This document shows, one piece after another, positions 39,258 through 48,531 of a stretch of DNA of 64,000 bases. Made by a program: the position numbers and the translations under genes. The DNA is from a bacterium (lineage in GTDB: Bacteria > Sysuimicrobiota > Sysuimicrobiia > Sysuimicrobiales > Humicultoraceae): contig JBGQGY010000001.1 in the NCBI GenBank assembly GCA_041497675.1, forward strand, positions 32,001 to 96,000, in the 5' to 3' direction. The notes below the pieces were generated by a model. The model worked only from the letters and a program-made list of their open reading frames with translations. It was not told the DNA's origin and did not search any database. Positions within the stretch are counted from its first letter, which is position 1. Each line of letters starts with the position of its first letter.

Positions 39258-40048
39258 ATGGTGGAGCTCGACGAACGCAAGCGAGCGATCCTGTGCGCCG
39301 TCGTGGAGGAGTACACGCGGTCGGCGGAGCCGGTGGGGTCAGAGCACCCGCTGGTCCGTGACCGGCTGCGCGTCAGCCCTGCCACAATCCGAAGCGCGAT
39401 GGCCGGGTTGGAGGAGATGGGGCTCCTGACGCATCCTCACACGTCCGCCGGGCGCATGCCCACCGATCGCGGATACCGAACCTACGTCGACATGCTCCTC
39501 GACGGCGAGCCATTGTCGTCCCCTGACCGACAAACGATTCGCCGCAAGATTGACGACGTGGCGGCCGAACCGACCGGTGCCGCAGGGCAGGCGGCGCGGG
39601 TCCTGGCCTCGGTGACCCAGTACCCGTCGGTCGTCGCGTCCCCTGGTTTGCAGAACCAGATCTTTCGCTCGCTTCACCTCGTGCCCTTCGGGGCGCGGAA
39701 AGTGCTCGCCGTCATTGCGACCAACTCGGGCACGTTGCGGGGGCAGGCACTCGATCTGCCCGACGACGTGGAGCCGGAAGACCTCGAGCGGCTCTCCGGC
39801 GAGATTGCGCGCTGGCCGAGGTGCTGGCCGGCGCGCCGCGACAGGGGCTGTGGATCTCAACTGGAGCCGAGAACCGTTGCGAGGAACTGCAGGCCTGCAG
39901 CCTGATCATGGCCGCCTTTGAGTGTGGTGATCAGATGGTCGGCACCGTGGGCATCGTCGGCCCGACGCGGATGCGGTACCGTCAGGCCCTGACCGCCGTG
40001 CGCTACGTGGCCGATCGACTCAGCCAGGTGCTGCGAGTCCTTGAGTAG
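39258..40048 (+). pseudogene. hrcA: Heat-inducible transcription repressor HrcA, internally deleted and frameshifted as given
   Basis: N-terminus LDERKRAIL…AEPVGS…SPATIR…HTSAGRMPTDRGYR; C-terminus GAEN…CSLI…GIVGPTRMRY is in a different frame from ~39809; total ~264 aa. Confidence 0.85.
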
Positions 40049-41162
40049 TCCCCGGTCGGCCCGCGACCTCTACGAAATCCTTGGCGTCGAGCGCGGCGCG
40101 ACACAAGATGAGATCAAAGCGGCCTACCGCCGTCTGGCGCGCGAGACCCACCCCGACGTCCGCCGCGATGATCCTCACGCCACGGAGCGCTTCAAGGAAG
40201 TGAACGAAGCCTACGCCGTCCTGAGCGATCCGGATAAGCGCGACGACTATGATCGGTACGGGCAGGTTGGCCGGGGTGGGTCCTCTGATCCCTTCCAAGG
40301 TCCCGTTGGGCCGTTCGGCGACTTGTTCGACCTGTTCTTCGGTGGGCACGCCGCGTCCGCGCGGCCCGACCGCTCGGGCCCAGAGCGCGGCTCGGACCTA
40401 CGGCTCGACATCGAGCTCACGCTCGAGGAGGTGGCCTCCGGTGTCGAACGTCAGGTGACCGCCGGGCGGCTCGAGACGTGCCCAGCGTGTTTTGGTACGG
40501 GGGCCGAGCGAGGCGCGACCCCGGAGCGATGCCCGACGTGCCAGGGGGCCGGTGAAGTCCGCCGGACGCAGCGCACGGTGCTTGGCCACATGACGCAGAT
40601 CGGGTCGTGCCCGCAGTGCAGCGGCACGGGCACGTACATCGCCAAACCGTGTGCGAAGTGCCGGGGCGCGGGCCGGCTGGAGACGCGGCGCGAGGTGACG
40701 GTCTCGGTGCCGGCCGGGGTTGAGCATGGGATGCACCTGCGTCTGGCGAGTGAGGGCGAAGCCGGGGCGCGCGGCGGCGCACGAGGCGATCTGTTTGTCG
40801 TCATCCACGTGAAGCCCCATGAGATCTTTGAACGGCGCGGGACCGATCTGTCCTGCGAGGTAAAAGTATCGATGGTCCAGGCGGCGATCGGTGACGAGAT
40901 CCGCATCCCGACGCTCACCGGCGAAGCGACGCTGACCGTGCCCCCGGGTACGCAGCCGGGCGCGAGGCTCACGATGCGGGGTCAGGGGTTGCCGGGGGTG
41001 CGCGGCGGTCGCGGCGACCTGCACGCGGCGATCCGCGTTGAGATCCCGCGCAACCTGACGGCCGAGCAGCGTGCACTGCTGCAGGAGTTCGGCGGGCTGC
41101 GCGCTGATCGTCCGGGCAAGCGCAAGACGGTCCTGAAGAAAGTCAAAGACCTGCTGCAGTAA
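40041..41162 (+). CDS. dnaJ: Chaperone DnaJ
   Basis: J domain with HPD, G/F region, four CxxCxGxG zinc-finger repeats. Confidence 0.96.
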   Translation: MSSPRSARDLYEILGVERGATQDEIKAAYRRLARETHPDVRRDDPHATERFKEVNEAYAVLSDPDKRDDYDRYGQVGRGGSSDPFQGPVGPFGDLFDLFFGGHAASARPDRSGPERGSDLRLDIELTLEEVASGVERQVTAGRLETCPACFGTGAERGATPERCPTCQGAGEVRRTQRTVLGHMTQIGSCPQCSGTGTYIAKPCAKCRGAGRLETRREVTVSVPAGVEHGMHLRLASEGEAGARGGARGDLFVVIHVKPHEIFERRGTDLSCEVKVSMVQAAIGDEIRIPTLTGEATLTVPPGTQPGARLTMRGQGLPGVRGGRGDLHAAIRVEIPRNLTAEQRALLQEFGGLRADRPGKRKTVLKKVKDLLQ

Positions 41163-41166
41163 CCCC

Positions 41167-42051
41167 GTGCGGTGGATTGAAGTGTCCGTGGACGCGACCC
41201 GATCGTGGGTAGAAGCGGTGGGGGACGCGCTCCTGCAGTACTGCCCGCAAGGGTTCTCGGAGAGCGCAGCCGGCCGGGCGGGTCACCGCCTGCTCCGCGC
41301 CTACCTCCCCACAGGGGTGGATGGTCGCGCGAGATTGCGGTTGCTCCGGCGAGCGGTCGTCAGGTTGGCGGGTCGACCACGCGTGCGGGCACGCGTGGTG
41401 CATGATGCGGGATGGGCGGCGCTGTGGAAGATCCACGCGCACCCGTTCCGGGTCGGGCGTGTCCTGATCCAGCCCAGCGGGGGGACGGTTCACGCGGATC
41501 GTCACGGCGACGGTCGAGCGGCCGGCGGTGCCGCTCACGTCGTGGTCAGGCTCGACCCCGGTATGGCCTTCGGCAGCGGTGAGCATGCCTCGACGCAGTT
41601 GTGTCTGTCGGCGATCGACCGGTTTGTCACACGCCGATCGGTGCTGATCGACCTCGGAACCGGATCGGGGATTCTGGCGATCGCCGCCGCGCGGTTCGGG
41701 GCGCGTCGCGTGCTGGCGATCGACAACGACCCGCTTGCGGTGGCCGTCGCACGCGCAAACGTCAGGCGAAACGGTGTCGCGCGCCGGGTCACGGTGCGCC
41801 GCGGGGAGGGGCTGGCGGGGGTTCGGCGCCGCGCCGACCTCATCGTGGCGAATCTGACAGCGGACATCTTGCCCGGGGTGTTGGACGACGTCGCGCGGTG
41901 TCTCGTCCCCGGCGGCGGGTTCGTCGCGTCGGGGTTCGGCAGCCCGCGGGTCGCGGAGGTCCGACGGCGCATTCGGGCGGCCGGGCTGCGCGTGGTGGCC
42001 ACACGGCGCGTGCGTGGATGGTGCGCTGTGCACGCGGCCAGCAGGCCATGA
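41167..42051 (+). CDS. prmA: Ribosomal protein L11 methyltransferase
   Basis: DPGMAFGSGEHASTQLCL, DLGTGSGILAIAA, IDND, VANL; position after dnaJ. Confidence 0.9.
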   Translation: MRWIEVSVDATRSWVEAVGDALLQYCPQGFSESAAGRAGHRLLRAYLPTGVDGRARLRLLRRAVVRLAGRPRVRARVVHDAGWAALWKIHAHPFRVGRVLIQPSGGTVHADRHGDGRAAGGAAHVVVRLDPGMAFGSGEHASTQLCLSAIDRFVTRRSVLIDLGTGSGILAIAAARFGARRVLAIDNDPLAVAVARANVRRNGVARRVTVRRGEGLAGVRRRADLIVANLTADILPGVLDDVARCLVPGGGFVASGFGSPRVAEVRRRIRAAGLRVVATRRVRGWCAVHAASRP

Positions 42052-42797
42052 GCGCGGCCGAGTCCCCCCGGGTCCGGAGGCGCTTTTTCGCACCTGCGGC
42101 GGCCCTCGACAGTGAGCGGGTCGTTTTTCTGCCGCGGGAGGCGCATCACATCGCGCACGTGCTGCGGCTGCGGCCCGGCGCGCGACTGGTCGCGTTCGAC
42201 GGCGCGCGTGAGGTTGACGTCGAGCTCGACACCGTGAGCCCTGAGGTCGTGGCGCGGCGCCTCGGCACCCCGGCCCCGTCGCGGCGACCGATTGAGATCG
42301 CATTGCTGCAGGGCGTCGCGCGCGGTCCGAGGATGGATCTCGTCGTCCGCATGGCCACGGAGATCGGGATCTCCGCGATCCATCCGGTGCTGACGAGCCG
42401 CGCCGTGGCCGATCCGGCACCCGCCCGTGTGGACCGGTGGCGCCGGATCGCGCTGGAATCCGCCCGCCAGTGTGGACGCGCCGATCTGCCGGACATTCAT
42501 CCTCCGGCGAGTCTCAGCGAATCGCTCGCGGCCCTCGGCCCGGTGGATCTCTTGTTGGTCCCCTGGGAAGAGGAGTCGCGGCCGATTGGGACGGTGCTGG
42601 CCGACCGCGCGTGTGCGACCGTCGCCGTGGTCATCGGGCCCGAGGGCGGTTTGACTCTGGGAGAGGTCGACCTCGCACGGCGCGCCGGGGGCGAGACAGT
42701 GTCTCTCGGGCCCTTGATCCTGCGCACGGAGACCGCCGGGCTCGTGGCGGCGGCGATGATCATCTACGAGCGTCTGCTCCGCCCCGCGCCACGGTAG
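42048..42797 (+). CDS. rsmE: 16S rRNA m3U1498 methyltransferase RsmE
   Basis: HIAHVLRL, ATEIG, ESARQCGR, IGPEGGLT, SLGPLILRTETA. Confidence 0.93.
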   Translation: MSAAESPRVRRRFFAPAAALDSERVVFLPREAHHIAHVLRLRPGARLVAFDGAREVDVELDTVSPEVVARRLGTPAPSRRPIEIALLQGVARGPRMDLVVRMATEIGISAIHPVLTSRAVADPAPARVDRWRRIALESARQCGRADLPDIHPPASLSESLAALGPVDLLLVPWEEESRPIGTVLADRACATVAVVIGPEGGLTLGEVDLARRAGGETVSLGPLILRTETAGLVAAAMIIYERLLRPAPR

Positions 42798-42806
42798 GCT
42801 ACACCA

Positions 42807-42844
42807 GTTGCATTTCCATGCACCGGTATGTATAATCATACCAT
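42807..42844 (+). promoter_or_regulatory. Tandem ARG boxes overlapping the arg operon promoter
   Basis: gtTGCATttccATGCAcc (42807-42824) + 2 bp + taTGTATaatcATACCat (42827-42844); embedded TTGCAT-N17-TATAAT. Confidence 0.85.
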
Positions 42845-42845
42845 T

Positions 42846-43883
42846 ATGCCAATCCGTGTCAGCATCATTGGAGCCTCCGGATATGGTGGTGGGGAGCTCG
42901 TGCGACTGCTCGTCGGCCACCCCGAGGTGCGCCTCGTGCACCTGACCGCCGAGAGCCGCAAGGCCGAGCCCTACGGCGAGGTCTTTCCGAACCTGCGCGG
43001 GTTCGTCTCGCACGTCACCGAAGAAGCCAACCTCGAAGCCATCGGGGCCGACTCTGACGTCGTCTTCTTCGCGCTCCCCAACGGCATGCCGATGACGATG
43101 GCGCCGAAGTTGGGCTCCAAGGTGAAGATCGTCGATCTCGGCGCCGACTTCCGGTTGAAGAATCTCGCCACGTACAAGCAGTGGTACAAGGCCGATCATG
43201 CCTGCCCGGACCTGTTGTCGGAGTCCGTCTACGGCCAGCCGGAACTCCACCGCGAGGAGATCAAGAGCGCCCGCGTCATCGGCAACCCGGGCTGTTATCC
43301 AACGGCGGCCCTGATCGCCATCGCCCCGTATGTCCAGGCCAACGTCGTCGAGCGCAACGACATCATCGTCGACGCCAAGTCCGGCGTGTCGGGTGCCGGG
43401 CGAGGCGCCTCGATGGGCGTGCACTTCTCCGAAGTGAACGAGAATGTCAAACCCTATAACGTGGCCGCGCACCGGCACGGCCCGGAAATGGAGCAAGAAG
43501 TCGCAGCGCTGGCCGGGGCGCCAATGACCGTCACGTTCACGCCGCATCTGATTCCGATGACGCGCGGCATCCTGGCGACGGTCTACATGCGTCTGGTGCA
43601 CTCCATGACCACCGCTGAGGCCGAGGGTGTCCTGCTGGAAGCGTACGCACACGAACCGTTCGTGCGGGTGCTACCGGGTGGTCTCCCGGAGACCAAAGCC
43701 ACGTTTGGATCGAACTACTGCGACGTGGCGGTGCGCGTCGATCCGCGCGGCAAGGTGTTGATCGTCATGGCCGCCATCGACAACCTGGTCAAGGGTGCGT
43801 CGGGCCAGGCGATCCAGAACATGAACCTGATGTGTGGGGTGTCCGAGCGCACGGGGATCGATCGCCCGCCGATCTACCCGTAG
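42846..43883 (+). CDS. argC: N-acetyl-gamma-glutamyl-phosphate reductase
   Basis: GASGYGGGEL, GNPGCYPT, DAKSGVSGAG, HRH-PE, IDNLVKGASGQAIQNMN. Confidence 0.96.
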   Translation: MPIRVSIIGASGYGGGELVRLLVGHPEVRLVHLTAESRKAEPYGEVFPNLRGFVSHVTEEANLEAIGADSDVVFFALPNGMPMTMAPKLGSKVKIVDLGADFRLKNLATYKQWYKADHACPDLLSESVYGQPELHREEIKSARVIGNPGCYPTAALIAIAPYVQANVVERNDIIVDAKSGVSGAGRGASMGVHFSEVNENVKPYNVAAHRHGPEMEQEVAALAGAPMTVTFTPHLIPMTRGILATVYMRLVHSMTTAEAEGVLLEAYAHEPFVRVLPGGLPETKATFGSNYCDVAVRVDPRGKVLIVMAAIDNLVKGASGQAIQNMNLMCGVSERTGIDRPPIYP

Positions 43884-43907
43884 CGAAGAAAGGACGGAGA
43901 GACGCCG

Positions 43908-45125
43908 ATGGCGATCTTGCGGCACCAGGTGACGGCCATGGAGGGCACCGTGACCACGCCGCGCGGGTTTCGCGCAGCGGGGATTCACTGCGGCATCAAA
44001 CCGGAGAAGCCCGACCTGGCGCTGATCGTCTCCGACGCGCCCGCGCCGGCCGCCGGCATGTTCACGCAGATCAAGACACGCTCCGCGCCGGTGATTATCA
44101 ACGAGATGAAGTTGAAGAGCGGCCGGGCGCAGGCGGTGATCATCAACAGCGGGAACGCCAACGCCGCCACGGGGGAGCGAGGGTTCGCCGACGCGCGCAC
44201 GATGTGCGCCGCCGCGGCGAAGGCCTTGGGCATCACCGACGACCTGGTGCTCGTCGCCAGCACGGGGGTGATCGGGCGGCCGCTCCCGATCGAGAAGATC
44301 ACCACGGCCGTGCCGTCGCTGGTGGCAGCCCTGGGCTCGGACGGGATGACCGCCGCGCGCGCCATCCTGACGACCGACGCCTTTGCAAAGACTGCCGCCG
44401 CCGAAGTCGACCTGGGCGACCGCACGATCAGGATCGGCGGCATCGCCAAAGGGGCGGGGATGATCCATCCGAACATGGCGACGATGATCGCCGTGATCAC
44501 GACCGACGCCGCAGTCGAGCCGGTCGTCCTGCGGACGGCGGTACGGGCCGCGGTGGGGAAAACGTTCAACTGTATCAGCGTGGACGGCGACACCTCGACA
44601 AGCGACAGCGTCTTCCTCCTGGCGAACGGAGCCTCAGGCAGCGCGCCGATGACCGCCGAAGACGACCGCTACGCGGCCTTCGTGGCCGGGCTCACGCACG
44701 TCGCGGGCCGGCTGGCGCGGCTGATCGTTGAGGATGGCGAGGGGACGACCCGATTGATCGAGGTCACGGTGCGCGGCGCCCGGTCCGACGCCGATGCGCG
44801 GTTGGCGGGGCGGACGGTCATGAGCTCAATGCTCGTGAAGACGATGTTTTACGGCGCCGAGCTCAACTGGGGGCGGATCACCGCCGCGGTGGGCCGTAGC
44901 GGCGCGGACGTGGATCCCGATCGTCTGGGCGTCGCGATCGGCGATGTCTGGATCGTGAAGAACGGGGTCGGCGTCCCCGCGGTCTACGCGCAGGCCGAAC
45001 CCCTGCTGCGCGAGAAAGAGGTGCGCGTCACGATCGACCTCGGGCTGGGTGACGGGACGTTTACCGGGTGGACCAACGATCTGGGCGAGACATACGTGAA
45101 GATCAACAGCGGGTATCTCACGTGA
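43908..45125 (+). CDS. argJ: Glutamate N-acetyltransferase/ornithine acetyltransferase
   Basis: NSGNANAATG, STGVIG, KGAGMIHPNMAT, VDGDTST, EDGEG. Confidence 0.96.
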   Translation: MAILRHQVTAMEGTVTTPRGFRAAGIHCGIKPEKPDLALIVSDAPAPAAGMFTQIKTRSAPVIINEMKLKSGRAQAVIINSGNANAATGERGFADARTMCAAAAKALGITDDLVLVASTGVIGRPLPIEKITTAVPSLVAALGSDGMTAARAILTTDAFAKTAAAEVDLGDRTIRIGGIAKGAGMIHPNMATMIAVITTDAAVEPVVLRTAVRAAVGKTFNCISVDGDTSTSDSVFLLANGASGSAPMTAEDDRYAAFVAGLTHVAGRLARLIVEDGEGTTRLIEVTVRGARSDADARLAGRTVMSSMLVKTMFYGAELNWGRITAAVGRSGADVDPDRLGVAIGDVWIVKNGVGVPAVYAQAEPLLREKEVRVTIDLGLGDGTFTGWTNDLGETYVKINSGYLT

Positions 45126-46039
45126 TCACGTCACCGGCGATCGATCTGGCCACCGAGGCCCGGTTGATCGCCGCGGGGGTTCGGTATGCCGCCGCGTGGC
45201 GGGGGAAGACCGTCGTCATCAAGTACGGCGGCAGCGTACTCGATGCCGGTGCCGCGGGCACGGTGATCGAAGACCTGGTGTTGCTGAAGGGTGCAGGGGT
45301 GAACCCCGTTCTCGTGCACGGCGGCGGTCCTGAGATCACCAAGATGCTCGAACGGGTCGGCAAAGAAGCGCGATTCGTCAACGGTCTGCGCGTGACGGAC
45401 GCCGAGACGATGGAAATCGTCGAAATGGTGCTTGCGGGGCGGACCAACAAGGCCATGGTGACGATGATCGGCACCGCGGGCGGCAGCGCCGTGGGACTGT
45501 CCGGCAAAGACGCCGGCCTGCTGCGCGCCCGCAAGTTGACCGGTCCGGTCGATCTGGGTTTCGTCGGCGAGGTCACCGACGTGCACCCCGAGGTGATCCA
45601 CACCATCAGTGCGACCGGACACATCCCGGTGATCGCGTCAATCGGCATCGGGCCCGAGGGCGAGAGTCTAAATTTGAACGCCGATCATGCCGCCGGCGCG
45701 CTCGCCGCGGCCGTCGGTGCGAGCAAGCTGATCATCCTGACAGACGTACGCGGCGTCATGCGGACCGATGGCGCCACCATGTCGCTGATTTCAAACTTGA
45801 CCGCGGCGGAGGCGCGACGCCTGATCGCCGACGGCACGGTGTCACGTGGGATGATCCCCAAAGTCGAGGCCTGTCTCATGGCCATCGAACGGGGCGTCCC
45901 GAGCGCGCACGTCATCGGGACCGAGGTGCCGCACGCGTTGCTTCTCGAACTGTTCACCGAAGAGGGTGTGGGCACGATGATCACCGCCGGGCCTGTGGGG
46001 TCGGCCGGCGGAGCATCGATCTCCGGAGGTGCGAGATGA
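45122..46039 (+). CDS. argB: Acetylglutamate kinase
   Basis: VIKYGG, VHGGGPEI, GLRVTD, GLSGKD, NLNAD, GMIPKV, ELFTEEGVGT. Confidence 0.95.
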   Translation: MITSPAIDLATEARLIAAGVRYAAAWRGKTVVIKYGGSVLDAGAAGTVIEDLVLLKGAGVNPVLVHGGGPEITKMLERVGKEARFVNGLRVTDAETMEIVEMVLAGRTNKAMVTMIGTAGGSAVGLSGKDAGLLRARKLTGPVDLGFVGEVTDVHPEVIHTISATGHIPVIASIGIGPEGESLNLNADHAAGALAAAVGASKLIILTDVRGVMRTDGATMSLISNLTAAEARRLIADGTVSRGMIPKVEACLMAIERGVPSAHVIGTEVPHALLLELFTEEGVGTMITAGPVGSAGGASISGGAR

Positions 46040-47256
46040 CGACGGCCGATGTGATCGCCATGGCGGACCAGTACCTGTTGTCGAACTACCGGCGGGCGCC
46101 CATTGCGTTCTCGCACGGCCAGGGGGTGTGGTTGTTCGATCTGGAGGGCCGGCGCTATCTAGATTTCATCGGCGGGATCGCCGTCAGCGCGCTCGGTCAC
46201 AACCATCCCAGACTGGTGGCGGCGATCCAGACCCAGGCGGCGAAGGTGCTCCATGTCTCCAACCTGTTTCAGATCCCTGAACAGGCCGCGCTGGCGAAAT
46301 GGCTGGTTGACCACTCCGTGTTCGACAAGGCCTTCTTTTGTAACAGCGGCGCGGAGGCGATCGAGGGGGCCATCAAACTGTCCCGTCGGTGGGGCCGACG
46401 CGACGGCCGCGATCGGTTCGAGATCATCGTGGCGCAGCACTCGTTCCACGGCCGCACGATTGGCGCCCTGGCGGCGACGATGCAGCCGAAGTACCAGCAG
46501 CCGTTTGCGCCGCTGGTGCCGGGGTTCGTGGGCGTGCCGTTCAACGACATGGATGCGATCCCCGGTGCGACCACGGGCCGCACCGTCGCGATCATGCTCG
46601 AACCGGTACAGGGCGAAGGCGGCATCGTGCCCGCCACACCCGCGTATTTGCAGAGCGTCCGCGAGTGGTGTGACGCTCACGACCTGTTGCTGATCCTTGA
46701 CGAAGTCCAGACCGGGATCGGCCGCACCGGCACGCTGTTTGCGTACGAGCAGTACGGCATGGAGCCCGATGTGGTCGCCCTGGCGAAGGGGCTCGGCGGG
46801 GGCGTGCCCATCGGCGCGTTGCTGATGAAAGAGCACGCCGCGGCGTTGGGCCCCGGTGATCACGGCACGACGTTTGGCGGCAACCCGCTGGCGTGCGCCG
46901 CCGCGCTGGCCGTCTTGAACACCATCGCCGACGATCGCCTGGCCGAGAACGCGGCGACCATGGGCGAACGATTCACCGCGGGGCTGCAGCGGCTCGTGGA
47001 GCGCGGGGTTGCCAAGGGCGTGCGCGGCCGCGGCCTGCTGCTGGCCCTCGAACTCAACGGCGAGGCGGCGCCGGTTGTGGACCGGTGTCGTGAGGCCGGG
47101 TTGCTCGCAAACGCGGTGCAGGCGAACGCGCTGCGGTTTGCCCCGCCGCTGACCGTCCAGGCGGCGGAGATCGATCAGGCGCTGGCGATCGTCGAACAGG
47201 TGCTGGTGGCCCAGGGGACGCAGACGGAGTCGGTCCGGAGCACGGCAACGCATTGA
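46036..47256 (+). CDS. argD: Acetylornithine aminotransferase
   Basis: FFCNSGAEA, SFHGRT, EPVQGEGG, DEVQTG-GRTG, AKGLGGG, HGTTFGGNPLA. Confidence 0.95.
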   Translation: MTTADVIAMADQYLLSNYRRAPIAFSHGQGVWLFDLEGRRYLDFIGGIAVSALGHNHPRLVAAIQTQAAKVLHVSNLFQIPEQAALAKWLVDHSVFDKAFFCNSGAEAIEGAIKLSRRWGRRDGRDRFEIIVAQHSFHGRTIGALAATMQPKYQQPFAPLVPGFVGVPFNDMDAIPGATTGRTVAIMLEPVQGEGGIVPATPAYLQSVREWCDAHDLLLILDEVQTGIGRTGTLFAYEQYGMEPDVVALAKGLGGGVPIGALLMKEHAAALGPGDHGTTFGGNPLACAAALAVLNTIADDRLAENAATMGERFTAGLQRLVERGVAKGVRGRGLLLALELNGEAAPVVDRCREAGLLANAVQANALRFAPPLTVQAAEIDQALAIVEQVLVAQGTQTESVRSTATH

Positions 47257-47298
47257 CGCCGCATCGTTGACATAGCAGAGAGAAGCGAGGGGAGCAGA

Positions 47299-48531
47299 GT
47301 GATGACGGTGAAGACGGTCGCCCTAGGGTATTCCGGCGGGCTCGATACCTCGTGCGCCATTCCCTGGCTGCGCGAGACGTACGGGTGCCAGGTGCTTGCG
47401 GTCATCGTGGACGTCGGGCAAGGCGAAGACCTGGATGCCGTCCGCAAGAAGGCCGTGGCCAGCGGCGCGTCGGCCGCGTTTGTGGTCGACGTCCGGCGCC
47501 CGTTTGTGACCGACTACATCGTCCCGATGGTCCAGGCGGGGGCCGTGTACGAGGGCCGGTACCTGTTGGGGACCGCACTGGCGCGGCCGCTGATTGCCAA
47601 GACGCAGGTCGAAGTGGCGCTGGCCGAAGGCGCCGACGGGGTGGCTCACGGCTGCACCGGGAAGGGCAACGATCAGGTGCGTTTTGAGCTTGCCTACCAG
47701 GCCCTCGCGCCGCAGCTCAAAATCATCGCGCCCTGGCGCGAGTGGCACATCAAGGGGCGTGAGCAGGCCATCGACTACGCGAACGCGCACGGCGTGCCGG
47801 TCGCGGCGACCACGGCGAAGCCGTACAGCGTCGACCGCAACCTGTGGCACTGCAGCAGTGAGGCCGGGATTCTCGAAGACATCTGGGCCGAGCCGCCTGC
47901 CGATCTCTATCAGTACACGGCGGATCCCCAAACGGCGCCGGACGACCCCGCCTACATCGAGATCGAGTTCGAGGCGGGCGTGCCGGTGGGGCTGGGCGGC
48001 CAGCGCCTTGATGCCCTGACGCTCATGGACCGGTTGAATGAGGCGGGGGCCCGGCATGGAGTCGGCCGCATCGACATGGTCGAAAATCGGCTGGTCGGGA
48101 TGAAGACGCGCGGCGTCTATGAGACCCCGGGTGGCACGATCCTGACCACCGCGCACCGCGACCTCGAGGCCATCACGATCGAGCGCGAGTGCGCGCACTA
48201 CAAGATGCTCATCGGTCAGCGCTACGCGGAACTGATCTACTACGGTCAGTGGTTTTCTCCGCTGCGCCAAGCGTTCGACGCCTTCGTGGCCTCGACACAG
48301 CGCACGGCGACCGGGACGGTCCGGGTGAAGCTGTTCAAGGGAAGCGCGATGGCCGTCGGACGCCAGGCGCCGGACTCGCTGTACAACGCCGAGCTGGCGA
48401 CCTTTGGCGAGGACTCGGTCTACGATCAGCGCGAGGCTCAGGGCTTCATCAACCTGTGGGGTCTTCCGACCAAGGTGTTTGCGAACGCGAACCCCCAGCT
48501 GATTCGGTCGTTGCGTGAGCGGGTCAAGTAA
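47299..48531 (+). CDS. argG: Argininosuccinate synthase
   Basis: YSGGLDTS, HGCTGKGNDQVRFE, YSVDRNLW, ENRLVGMKTRGVYETPG. Confidence 0.97.
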   Translation: MMTVKTVALGYSGGLDTSCAIPWLRETYGCQVLAVIVDVGQGEDLDAVRKKAVASGASAAFVVDVRRPFVTDYIVPMVQAGAVYEGRYLLGTALARPLIAKTQVEVALAEGADGVAHGCTGKGNDQVRFELAYQALAPQLKIIAPWREWHIKGREQAIDYANAHGVPVAATTAKPYSVDRNLWHCSSEAGILEDIWAEPPADLYQYTADPQTAPDDPAYIEIEFEAGVPVGLGGQRLDALTLMDRLNEAGARHGVGRIDMVENRLVGMKTRGVYETPGGTILTTAHRDLEAITIERECAHYKMLIGQRYAELIYYGQWFSPLRQAFDAFVASTQRTATGTVRVKLFKGSAMAVGRQAPDSLYNAELATFGEDSVYDQREAQGFINLWGLPTKVFANANPQLIRSLRERVK

